A stretch of 64,000 bases of DNA. It comes from a bacterium (GTDB lineage: Bacteria > Orphanbacterota > Orphanbacteria > Orphanbacterales > Orphanbacteraceae). The translations under genes and the position numbers were made by a program. Position 1 is the first letter of the stretch; each line of letters begins with the position of its first letter. The stretch is taken from assembly GCA_025782575.1 (NCBI GenBank), contig JALGYY010000035.1:340670-404669 (forward strand), written 5' to 3'. A model generated the notes under the pieces. The model made no database searches and was not told the origin of the DNA. It saw only the letters and a program-made list of their open reading frames with translations. Shown in pieces: positions 19,013-27,450 of the stretch.

Positions 19013-19732
19013 TCACCCAAGGGGGAGTGTCATGCGGATGGCGGAATCTGTCGGGCTGAGTTCGAATCGCCCACCCGCCTCTTCCATAATCCGGCTGATG
19101 AGGGCGATTCCACCGCTTCCGAGGTTCCGGAATGAGTCCCGGCCGGCACTCGACCGGATCAGGATGTCTACGTCCGACTTCTCCATGGCCAGCTGACAGA
19201 CGAGGCTTCCACCAGGAGTTCCGCAGCGGATCAGCTCTCCCACCAGGTAGCAGAGCGCTCTCTCGACCACTGTACGGGAAACCCGCACAGGCGCAGGAGA
19301 CTCCCCGGTGCGGCACGTCAATTGGATTCCGTGCCTCCGTGCGGCGGACATTTGACGTTCCATGACATCGAGAATCATGAAACGTAGATCGAATGAGCCG
19401 GCCTCACGAGCCGGGTTTCCATTGGAGCCTCCCTGAAGAAGCTCCAGCAATGTTTCGGCTGTAGAGAGGGTGTCAGCCGCCTCAGCCAGCCTGCGCCTTT
19501 GAAAGTCATCGATCGAGCCGATTTCCCCGGAGAGGCAGATTTCGATGTGACGCTCCACCTCCTGCAACGAGCCAAGGACTTCCCGGGGAATCTTTCCGGC
19601 GATCAGTCCCGCCGGATTGGAGGAGACTGCCTGGAGAGGCGGGGTATGGTCGGGCGGGCGTCTATCCGGTCGAGGTAGGGCGCCGCCCGGCACGGCGTGC
19701 AGTTCAGGGGCCTTCTGTGACCGTCTGTTCAT
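19013..19732 (-). CDS. degenerate histidine-kinase-like protein (pseudokinase)
   Basis: HisKA/HATPase-like layout lacking the H-box His and N-box Asn; ATGA overlap with the fliA stop. Confidence 0.65.
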   Translation of the reverse strand: MNRRSQKAPELHAVPGGALPRPDRRPPDHTPPLQAVSSNPAGLIAGKIPREVLGSLQEVERHIEICLSGEIGSIDDFQRRRLAEAADTLSTAETLLELLQGGSNGNPAREAGSFDLRFMILDVMERQMSAARRHGIQLTCRTGESPAPVRVSRTVVERALCYLVGELIRCGTPGGSLVCQLAMEKSDVDILIRSSAGRDSFRNLGSGGIALISRIMEEAGGRFELSPTDSAIRMTLPLG

Positions 19733-20589
19733 GCGATGCCGAGCGCCTCCCGTGCAAACTCGCGCTTGACGTCTTCACGAAAGTTGCCGATCTTCGCCAT
19801 CGCCTGGTTTTCATCACGAGCCGAAACGAGCACTTCCTGGTTCGGGCGGAGGCGGGCACGAAGGCGTCCGATCGCTTTCGTGTGAATCTGGGAGACTCTC
19901 GATTCGGACACACCGAGTATCGATCCGATCTCCTTCAGTGTCATCTCTTCGTAGTAGTAGAGGATGAGAACCAGCCGCTCTCTCTCCGGTAGATCGTCAA
20001 GGGAACAGTCCACGACGTTTCGCATCTTCTGAACTTCGAGAATCGCGATGGGATCAACGTGGTTCGTATCCTGAATCGTGTCATGAATCTTGTTGGGCGA
20101 GTTGCCGTCATCAGAAGAGCAGTGCTCGTCAAGGCTCAACAGAGTTGCGCCCCGCACATCCTCGAGAAGATGAAAGTAGTCGCCCATGTTGATGTCCATC
20201 TCCTTGGCTACCTCTTCATCCGTCGCCGCTCTCCCATTCAGGCCTTCGAGCCGCGAATAGGCACTATCCAGCTGGCGCGCCTTCCGGCGGACCGAGCGAG
20301 GGACCCAGTCCATCGAGCGGAGCTCATCCAGCATGGCGCCCCGGATTCGAGCGATTGCAAATGTGGAGAATTTGTTGTCCCGGCCGAGATCGTAGCGTTC
20401 GACCGCAGTCATCAGGCCCATCGTCCCCGACCCGATAAGATCATCGATCTGAACCGAAGGAGGCAGTCCGACTGCGAGACGGCCGGCGACATATTTGACA
20501 AGGGGCATGTATTCGAGAATGAGGCGGTCCCTCAGGCGTTTGTTGCTACGCTTCTTGAACTTTCTCCAAACGGTCTCGATCGAATCCAT
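19729..20589 (-). CDS. fliA: FliA/WhiG-family (sigma28) RNA polymerase sigma factor
   Basis: YMPLVKYVAGRL, RIRGAMLDELRSMDWVPRSVR and LGVSESRVSQIH; ATG 20589 after a G-rich RBS. Confidence 0.95.
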   Translation of the reverse strand: MDSIETVWRKFKKRSNKRLRDRLILEYMPLVKYVAGRLAVGLPPSVQIDDLIGSGTMGLMTAVERYDLGRDNKFSTFAIARIRGAMLDELRSMDWVPRSVRRKARQLDSAYSRLEGLNGRAATDEEVAKEMDINMGDYFHLLEDVRGATLLSLDEHCSSDDGNSPNKIHDTIQDTNHVDPIAILEVQKMRNVVDCSLDDLPERERLVLILYYYEEMTLKEIGSILGVSESRVSQIHTKAIGRLRARLRPNQEVLVSARDENQAMAKIGNFREDVKREFAREALGIA

Positions 20590-20660
20590 TCTTCCCCCCC
20601 TCGCATGAGGCTCGCATTCACATCCGTTGGTCCTTCGTGGGTACGTGAGGCCTTCGAGGA

Positions 20661-20675
20661 GCAACCGTCATGCCA
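20661..20675 (-). promoter_or_regulatory. sigma54 -24/-12 promoter of fliA
   Basis: TGGCATGACGGTTGC on the minus strand, about 70 nt upstream of the start. Confidence 0.75.
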
Positions 20676-20936
20676 TGAATCAACGAGGGATGGCGACTCT
20701 ATAATCAATTGGAATAAAATGAGTTAGAAAATGGCGATCAAACAGGGCTTCAGGAAACTCCTTCCTGTTCGGTAAAGAGTCACCAGGGCGAACGGGGGCA
20801 AAAATCTGCAACGCGCTGTTTTATAAGGGGATATGGCGACCAGAAAAACCGATCAGATTTTGAGCAGTGGCAAGAAATTGAGCAGGCAAACATCGACAAA
20901 GTTCACCAGCCCATACAGCCTTCAATAAATCCTCAT

Positions 20937-22340
20937 CTATTTCGCTTCGTACTGTCGAAGTTTTTCCCGAAGCGTCTGACGGGAGATCCCGAGTGTCCGC
21001 GCCGCCTTTGTCTTGTTCCCCCTGGCCCATTCGATCGTTTTCAGTATCTGCCGCCTCTCGGCTTCCGATAGAGGAATCGGTGTGAACTCCTCCTCCTCCT
21101 TTTCGACAGGTAAGTGATCTTCCCTGAGCCCCGCCGAAATTTCGAGTGGAAGATGTTCGAGCAGAATCAGATCGTCGCTCTCGAGCAGGATGGCGCGTTC
21201 GATGACATTTCGTAGCTCCCGCACGTTGCCAGGCCAGTCGTATTCCTGCAGGCGCGCGCGGGCGGTCGGCGAAAGACCCCGGATCTGGCGTGACAATTCC
21301 CGGTTAAACATATCGATGAAATACGTGGCGAGAATCGGAATGTCCTGAATCCGCTCGCGCAGGGGTGGTACGTGAATGGGAACGACATTCAGCCGATAAT
21401 AGAGATCTTTTCGAAAACGTTTTTCGGCGACGGCTTCTTTCAGATTCTGATTGGTTGCAGCGACGAACCGAAGATCGACTTCAACATCCTCTGTTCCACC
21501 CACCCGTTTGAATCGCTTCGTCTCGATCACACGAAGAAGAACGGCCTGCAGGCCGATGGGCATCTCTCCGATTTCATCGAGGAAAAGAGTCCCGCCGTCG
21601 GCGATCTCTATCAGCCCCTTCTTTCGACTTTTGGCGTCGGTAAATGAACCCTTCTCATGACCGAAGAGCTCGCTCTCGAGCAGATTCCCGGGGAGGGAGC
21701 CGCAATTGATCTCGATAAAGGGGCCCTTCTTCGTCTTCGTACTATGATGAATGGCCTTAGCAATCAGCTCCTTGCCGACGCCGCTCTCCCCGTCAATGAG
21801 AATGGTGGAGCGGGGGCTCGCCGCCACGCGCTCGACAATATTAAAGATATCACGCATTTTGGAATCGGCGCCGAGAATGAAACGGTCGGTCTCCCGATTA
21901 CCGATCACGATCGGCTCTGCCTTCTTCGCCATTTTTCGGATTTCCGAATCGGCGAGAAGGTCATGAATGACCGGCAGAATCTTTTTCGGCGCCAGCGGTT
22001 TCTGAAACGCCCGAACGGCTCCCATTTTCACGCACTCTGTCGCAACCGAACTCGGACCGCCCGTGTGGAGAAGAAGTGCGCGGGTATCCGCGGAATCGTC
22101 CCGGAGTGTGTGCATCAGATCGATCGCGGAATCTTTGGCCAGATCAAGGTCGAGCAGAAGGATATGCGGCTTCACGCGGGAGATGATCTCCGAGGCCTCC
22201 CCTATCTGCCGCGCCACCTCCACCTCATAGCCGGCGTCAAGGAGCGCCGCACCGAAAGACCACCTGATCTGCTTATCATCACCGACAATCAGAATCTTCG
22301 ATTTATTGGCGGCTGCCTTCATCGTCATCCCCTCCCTCAA
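20937..22340 (-). CDS. sigma54-dependent response regulator (REC-AAA+-HTH); true start possibly 22328 or 22322
   Basis: GESGVGKE, GSFTDA, LFLDEIG, WPGNVREL and LGISRQTL. Confidence 0.93.
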   Translation of the reverse strand: MREGMTMKAAANKSKILIVGDDKQIRWSFGAALLDAGYEVEVARQIGEASEIISRVKPHILLLDLDLAKDSAIDLMHTLRDDSADTRALLLHTGGPSSVATECVKMGAVRAFQKPLAPKKILPVIHDLLADSEIRKMAKKAEPIVIGNRETDRFILGADSKMRDIFNIVERVAASPRSTILIDGESGVGKELIAKAIHHSTKTKKGPFIEINCGSLPGNLLESELFGHEKGSFTDAKSRKKGLIEIADGGTLFLDEIGEMPIGLQAVLLRVIETKRFKRVGGTEDVEVDLRFVAATNQNLKEAVAEKRFRKDLYYRLNVVPIHVPPLRERIQDIPILATYFIDMFNRELSRQIRGLSPTARARLQEYDWPGNVRELRNVIERAILLESDDLILLEHLPLEISAGLREDHLPVEKEEEEFTPIPLSEAERRQILKTIEWARGNKTKAARTLGISRQTLREKLRQYEAK

Positions 22341-22343
22341 GAT

Positions 22344-22985
22344 CTACTCATCTTCATTTTCCGCATGTTCCTCAGGCGGGGAGAACAAAGCCCTCCATAA
22401 AACATCCTTGGTCTTCCGATCTCCGTTGTCAATCGAGAAAGCGGCCGAGTAACGGTTCTCCTCCCCGTGTTCACGCACGATCCTGGTAATATGCCCTTCG
22501 ATTTCCACTTTCTCCCCTCGCCCGAGAAAAAGGCGCAGGCGGAGTCGGGTCCCGACATCGAACGGCTCCGGGAGATCGCCAAGCTCGATATGACCGGAGC
22601 CATCGAAATCGGCGGAGGCATGGCGGAGTATTTTGCGATCGATTCGCTCGTACTCGATTCGCCAGTCACGCCGGAATTCCGCTCGAGCCGATCGCTTGAT
22701 CGGACGGATGTTTCCCGGACGGGCTACAACGACATAGGGGGATGTGTTCTTGAAGTGTCGGACGAGTTTCGTGCGTCCGATGTACCGACCTTCCCTCCAG
22801 CGCAGGCGGAGGGTGACCGGAGTCCCCTTCAGCAGATCGACGAAGTGATGCGGATCGTACCCCGGAACGTGAAGAACGATCTGCCGGGAATCGGAGCGTG
22901 TCACCTGTGCGTGGTAAACCGTGTTATCCACCCGGTCACCCAGCACGATGTCAAGAACCTGATCCGCGTGGAACGGGTCTTTCAC
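22344..22985 (-). CDS. YcgR/flagellar-brake-like PilZ protein
   Basis: N-terminal PilZN-like barrel, RAEFR (RxxxR) and DFDGSG. Confidence 0.7.
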   Translation of the reverse strand: MKDPFHADQVLDIVLGDRVDNTVYHAQVTRSDSRQIVLHVPGYDPHHFVDLLKGTPVTLRLRWREGRYIGRTKLVRHFKNTSPYVVVARPGNIRPIKRSARAEFRRDWRIEYERIDRKILRHASADFDGSGHIELGDLPEPFDVGTRLRLRLFLGRGEKVEIEGHITRIVREHGEENRYSAAFSIDNGDRKTKDVLWRALFSPPEEHAENEDE

Positions 22986-23070
22986 TCAATCCCCCCGTGT
23001 AAAACGCGTATCGTAGCGATGAAACACAGGGGAGGTCAAATCATTCGCCGGACGGTCCTCGAGAACCTTC

Positions 23071-23265
23071 CTATTTACCGCGGCGCTTGCTCAGCGCGTG
23101 AAGCAGCGCGTCGATAATTTCGCCGCGCACTTCCGGCTGCTCATAGTAACCGCGTCGAATTTTGCGCTTGATCCGCAAAATTCGCCAGGCTGATTTCTTC
23201 TCTTTTTCTTCCTTCGACCTACTCCGGTGCTCTCCACTCGCTCGTGGCTTTTCTTGCTTTCCCAA
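23071..23265 (-). CDS. FlgM-like anti-sigma28 factor
   Basis: RILRIKRKIRRGYY..EIIDALL resembles the FlgM C-terminal sigma-binding helices; near fliA. Confidence 0.55.
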   Translation of the reverse strand: MGKQEKPRASGEHRSRSKEEKEKKSAWRILRIKRKIRRGYYEQPEVRGEIIDALLHALSKRRGK

Positions 23266-23363
23266 TTTCCCTGACCCCTTTATGCCGTGTCATGATGCTG
23301 TTGTCGGGCTACTCAGGGAGAGGATATAGTCCCACGCAGGCGGGCCTGTTCCTCTCATCATAA

Positions 23364-23391
23364 GGATCGACAGGTTCCCGGCAGGTCTTGA
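23364..23391 (-). promoter_or_regulatory. possible sigma28 promoter upstream of the FlgM-like gene
   Basis: TCAA-N16-GTCGATCC on the minus strand. Confidence 0.35.
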
Positions 23392-23396
23392 GGAGG

Positions 23397-23852
23397 TCAG
23401 TCTTCAGCGATGCAGCGTTCCACGAGGTCGGTGAGGTGCTTTTCCAGCTTCGGATTCCGGGGATCCCGGTCTAGGGCGAGACTGTAGGCGTCTGCCGCGC
23501 ACCAGGGAAGCCCCTGGGCTAGAAGACAATCCCCCATGCGAGCAAACCCGCGAGCGCTCTCAGGCCGGAGCGATTCGTAGTGCTGGTAGAATCGCATCGC
23601 CTCTTCATAGCATCTCATCGCGAGATAGAGGTCACCCGTTCGGAGAAGAACGCCCGGCTGGGCCGGATCGGCTTCCAGACTGGACAGGAAGAATTCGAGC
23701 GCCTCTTCGGTCTTACCCTGAAGGGCCACACACCGTCCGAGCTGGGCGAGGAGATCCGAACTCTCCGGATTCTTTTCGAGAGCCCGCCTGAGGAGTTGTT
23801 CCGTCTGGCGATAGGCGTCGATCATTCCGTTCGATGCAAAACTCCCACTCAT
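23397..23852 (-). CDS. tetratricopeptide repeat protein
   Basis: 3-4 TPR motifs (LAQLGR..G..EEALEFF..SLEADP). Confidence 0.85.
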   Translation of the reverse strand: MSGSFASNGMIDAYRQTEQLLRRALEKNPESSDLLAQLGRCVALQGKTEEALEFFLSSLEADPAQPGVLLRTGDLYLAMRCYEEAMRFYQHYESLRPESARGFARMGDCLLAQGLPWCAADAYSLALDRDPRNPKLEKHLTDLVERCIAED

Positions 23853-24100
23853 GATTCCTCTCCTCCCATGAGCTGACAGAGATCGCCGACCGTGGGTATT
23901 CGGGATAGGGCTGACTTTTTATTCTGCGCGGCAATGGCGTCCACTGTTTCCCGCCCCGCGACAGGCAGAACACCAGGCGCCCGACATTCAAGGGTCACAT
24001 GGTCGCCGTCAACTGAGTGGATCTTCACTTCAATCGCGGTACCGATGAGAAAGCTGTCTCCCAGGACACGAACGATCCTGGTCGTCTTTCCAGCACTCAT
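23849..24100 (-). CDS. csrA: divergent CsrA/RsmA-family carbon storage regulator
   Basis: RVLGDSFLIG..IEVKI..VDGDHV..APG..V.GRE..AIAAQN..SA, including the C-terminal extension; directly downstream of fliW. Confidence 0.75.
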   Translation of the reverse strand: MSAGKTTRIVRVLGDSFLIGTAIEVKIHSVDGDHVTLECRAPGVLPVAGRETVDAIAAQNKKSALSRIPTVGDLCQLMGGEES

Positions 24101-24531
24101 AGCAGCATCTCCGCTTTCTCACGCTCCAACTCATCGTGGAGGAGGGCGGCAACCGGGAGGTTTTCATCGGAAAGAAGGACCTGAGTGGCGACACCGCTCG
24201 TTCGGCTGATCAGAATCGGCGCGCGTAGATTAACGCTCATCTCCATCGCACCTTCAGGCACTGTCAGCAGGGAATAAACTTCCAGGTCGCTCCGCACATC
24301 GACCTCGAGTTCTTCCAGCAGCTCCGGCGGGAACTCGATCTCATAGTCTGATCGAATGACAAGAGGATCGATGAGCGGAAACCTCATGGACGGACGATCA
24401 TCACTTTGGATCAGGGAAAACGGACTCCCATCCTCCCCCCGCCAGAGTGTGAAACGCCTAAGGTCCTGTAGCCCGATCAGGCCGCGAGGGAACCAGATTT
24501 CGTAGGATCTTTCCCAGTTTTCCTGCGTCAT
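24097..24531 (-). CDS. fliW: flagellar assembly factor FliW
   Basis: FPRGLIGL, LIQS, IDP..DY and VNLRAPILI..ATQV; GAAGGAGG RBS before ATG 24531. Confidence 0.9.
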   Translation of the reverse strand: MTQENWERSYEIWFPRGLIGLQDLRRFTLWRGEDGSPFSLIQSDDRPSMRFPLIDPLVIRSDYEIEFPPELLEELEVDVRSDLEVYSLLTVPEGAMEMSVNLRAPILISRTSGVATQVLLSDENLPVAALLHDELEREKAEMLL

Positions 24532-24560
24532 GGAGTCCTCCTTCATGAGGACGTGTATGA

Positions 24561-24575
24561 GCAGGCGTCGTGCCA
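24561..24575 (-). promoter_or_regulatory. sigma54 -24/-12 promoter of the fliW-csrA operon
   Basis: TGGCACGACGCCTGC on the minus strand, 30 nt upstream of the start. Confidence 0.7.
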
Positions 24576-24868
24576 AGGGAACGCGGGACAGGCAATCGTA
24601 ACGCTAACGCCTTATCGCGACGGCAGTTCGATCACGTGGCCTCCGGTGTGATTACACCCGGAAGACTCATGGGAGAGCGGCCGAAACCTGGCCACCCTGA
24701 TAGATTTCTGCCAGTCAGTGCGGATATCTTTTGGTCGGCTCGGTTATCTTCCCGGTGGGTTAGCTCGGACTTCTCACCAGCACTCTGCTGTGGCCTCGAA
24801 TAGCGGGCTGCGACAAATCCTGGTGAGAAATCCGGGTTAGACAGGCAGGTACAGAGGGCCGCTCTGGG

Positions 24869-24928
24869 AAAACAAAAGGGCGCGGATCGTCCGCTCGATC
24901 CTGTGACCGAACAACGACTCCGCGCCCT
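24869..24928 (-). terminator. terminator-like hairpin downstream of the sigma factor gene
   Basis: AGGGCGCGGA...TCCGCGCCCT stem followed by TTTGTTTT on the minus strand. Confidence 0.5.
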
Positions 24929-24965
24929 CGATTATATCAACTGACTCTCTCCCTTCGGATGAGAA

Positions 24966-25823
24966 TCAGGAAAGATAGCTGTGAAGCGACCGTCCCTGCC
25001 TGGACTGGCGGATGCGGCCGATCGCCTGTTCTTTGATCTGCCTCACCCTCTCCCGCGACAGATTCATCCGACGACCGATCTGCTCGAGGGTTTCGCTTTC
25101 CTCCCGAAATCCGAAGTACGACCGCAGAACGTCCGCCTCCCTCCCCGAAAGGGCACCGATCGCCGTCTGCACGTCTTCCTGCATCCTCCCCTCGATCAAG
25201 TCATAGTCCGGTGACGGGGAGCAGGTATCCTCGATGTATTCCTTGAGCGAGTTCTCTCCCCCACCCTCGGGAACATCGAGTGATTTGCAGATGGATGACA
25301 AATTGAGAGTCTCACGAATTTCCGACTCGGAAAGAGCGACCGCGTCGGCGACCTCTCTTGAAGACGGTTCACGGCCGAACACCTGGCGGAGCCTCTCGGT
25401 CTCCCTCAGAATCTTCTGAACCGTACCCGTTCTGCTGACCGGAAGACGGATCAGGCGGGCCTTCTCCGCGAGAGCCTTCAGGATCGACTGCCGGATCCAC
25501 CAGACCGCGTAGGAGATGAATCGATTCCCCCTGGTTTCATCGAATCGCCTTGCCGCCTCGATGAGACCCAGGTTCCCCTCATCAATGAGGTCAGCCAGAG
25601 AAAGGCCCTGGCTTCGATAACGCTTGGCCACAGACACGACGAATCGCAGATTGGCCCTGATCAAGTGATCTCTGGATGCCTCGCAACCGTCTCGCATCGC
25701 GGTAGCGAGGTTGACCTCTTCCTCTCTCGTCAGAAGATTCACCTTCGCGATTTCACGAAAGTATAACTGGAGCGATTGCTCGTCTTCGCTTTCGAAGCGC
25801 CGCTTGTGAGTATATCCCTTCAC
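24966..25823 (-). CDS. short RpoD/SigA-like sigma70 factor lacking region 1.1
   Basis: LQLYFREI, NLRFVVSVAKRY, FISYAVWWIRQSI and LSRERVRQIKE. Confidence 0.92.
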   Translation of the reverse strand: MKGYTHKRRFESEDEQSLQLYFREIAKVNLLTREEEVNLATAMRDGCEASRDHLIRANLRFVVSVAKRYRSQGLSLADLIDEGNLGLIEAARRFDETRGNRFISYAVWWIRQSILKALAEKARLIRLPVSRTGTVQKILRETERLRQVFGREPSSREVADAVALSESEIRETLNLSSICKSLDVPEGGGENSLKEYIEDTCSPSPDYDLIEGRMQEDVQTAIGALSGREADVLRSYFGFREESETLEQIGRRMNLSRERVRQIKEQAIGRIRQSRQGRSLHSYLS

Positions 25824-25911
25824 AGTCGATGCTCCTTTCTGGTCGGTTGCTTGGAAACTGCAATACCCACCCTGATGAAGTTTCTACCCGAATACCCAAC
25901 CTTAGGATGTA

Positions 25912-25926
25912 TCAAGTAACATGCCA
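25912..25926 (-). promoter_or_regulatory. variant sigma54 promoter (-12 TTGA) upstream of the sigma70 gene
   Basis: TGGCATGTTACTTGA on the minus strand in an AT-rich intergenic region. Confidence 0.4.
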
Positions 25927-26082
25927 AAAACATGAATAATTGGTCAAGTTCTCTATTGAATTAAAAGACAAGAACTTACGGCTGGATTCTAAGTAGATGC
26001 ACGAGCGAGACTGCCAACCGGATCGGCTAAAAGCTGCCCTTCCTGTCAGTTAAATATGCAAGAATGACAGGAATCGTCGCAA

Positions 26083-26466
26083 TTATTGGACAATGTCTCC
26101 CGCGGTCTGCCTGCTGCATGATTCGATGTATTGAGCCAGGATTTCCTTGCTCTCCTCCGCCATGGGAAGAAAGGCGCAACCGATCTGATAAGACTCGCAC
26201 CCGGGGATCTCGGCTTCCGGATCACTCCAGACGACGATCATCTCGGCTTCCAGGATGCCTTCCTTATCGCCCGGCATCGGGAGAATCAGGGTGGCCTGTA
26301 GTTTAGTCATCAGCTGCACGTGGCGGGGTACCTCGCAGTAGATCCCCCCCATGCTGATATTCATCCCGGAGAGGGAGACTCGACCACCGGTCATCTCCCC
26401 TTCCAGGCGGATGTCGAAACTGCTATCGATCCGTCCGTGCTTTCTCCGATTCTCGTGCTTCCCCAT
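26083..26466 (-). CDS. single-domain PilZ protein
   Basis: RRKHGR (RxxxR) and NISMGG (D/NxSxxG). Confidence 0.88.
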   Translation of the reverse strand: MGKHENRRKHGRIDSSFDIRLEGEMTGGRVSLSGMNISMGGIYCEVPRHVQLMTKLQATLILPMPGDKEGILEAEMIVVWSDPEAEIPGCESYQIGCAFLPMAEESKEILAQYIESCSRQTAGDIVQ

Positions 26467-26478
26467 CGTTCCCTCCTC

Positions 26479-27411
26479 TTACTCCCTCCCGGAAGCAGGC
26501 TGCCAGTTCTCTATTATTTTTCGAACGATATCCGTCCCTACCCTTTCCTGGCTCTCTCTCGTACTTGCCCCGATATGAGGGGTCATAATCACTCCGGGGG
26601 CGCGCCGAAGCGCCGACTCCCCGAGCGGTTCTTCCGCGAAGACGTCGAAAGCCGCCCCGGCAAGATGGCCCGATTCCAGAGCCCGGGCTACGGCAGCCTC
26701 GTCAACGATTCCGCCTCGCGCACAATCGACCAGATAGGAGCCGACCTTCATGCGCTGGAGCTCGCCGGCGCCGATGAGTCCCCTCGTCCCAGCCAGTAAC
26801 GGCACATGAACCGTAAGCATGTCACAGGACTCGAGCAGTTTCCCGAACTCGACTTTCCGGCACTGATTCTCCAGCCCTTTGCCCGGCTTCACCGGGTAGG
26901 CGTCATGCCAGATGACATCCATTCCGAGCGCGAGCGCCCGTTCCGCTACCAGACGACCGATGCTACCGAATCCGAGTATACCCAGAGTCTTACCGAAGAC
27001 TTCGCCACCTGTCAGATTCTTTTTTTCCCAGAGCTCTTCTTTCATCGTACGGTCCGCCTCAGGGAGACGGCGGGCGAGCGCAAGCAAGAAGAGAATCACA
27101 AGTTCCGCAACCGCAATGGCGCTCGCTCCCGGCGTATTGACTACCTGGATACCGCGACTCTTCGCTGCCTCCAGGTCAATGCTGTCCAGGCCGACGCCGC
27201 CGCGGCCGATGATGCGAAGCCGACTGGCTGCTTCGATCCGATCCGCCGTCATCTTCGTCCGGCTTCTGACCAGGATCGCATCGATCCGCGGAAGATGATC
27301 GAACAGCTCTGACTCGTTCCAGCTCGTCCCGTCCAGCGCGGTCCACCCCGCATGCTCGAATGCATCGAACACGGACTGGGGGAACCCGTCGGCGATTGCT
27401 ACGATCGGCAC
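26479..27411 (-). CDS. D-3-phosphoglycerate dehydrogenase-like D-2-hydroxyacid dehydrogenase (no ACT domain)
   Basis: VRSRTK, GVGLDSID, GFGSIG, ARGG and TPHIGAST. Confidence 0.9.
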   Translation of the reverse strand: MPIVAIADGFPQSVFDAFEHAGWTALDGTSWNESELFDHLPRIDAILVRSRTKMTADRIEAASRLRIIGRGGVGLDSIDLEAAKSRGIQVVNTPGASAIAVAELVILFLLALARRLPEADRTMKEELWEKKNLTGGEVFGKTLGILGFGSIGRLVAERALALGMDVIWHDAYPVKPGKGLENQCRKVEFGKLLESCDMLTVHVPLLAGTRGLIGAGELQRMKVGSYLVDCARGGIVDEAAVARALESGHLAGAAFDVFAEEPLGESALRRAPGVIMTPHIGASTRESQERVGTDIVRKIIENWQPASGRE

Positions 27412-27450
27412 GGCGATGCTTCCCTTCCCCTGTCCGATCCCGCCCGGTGA

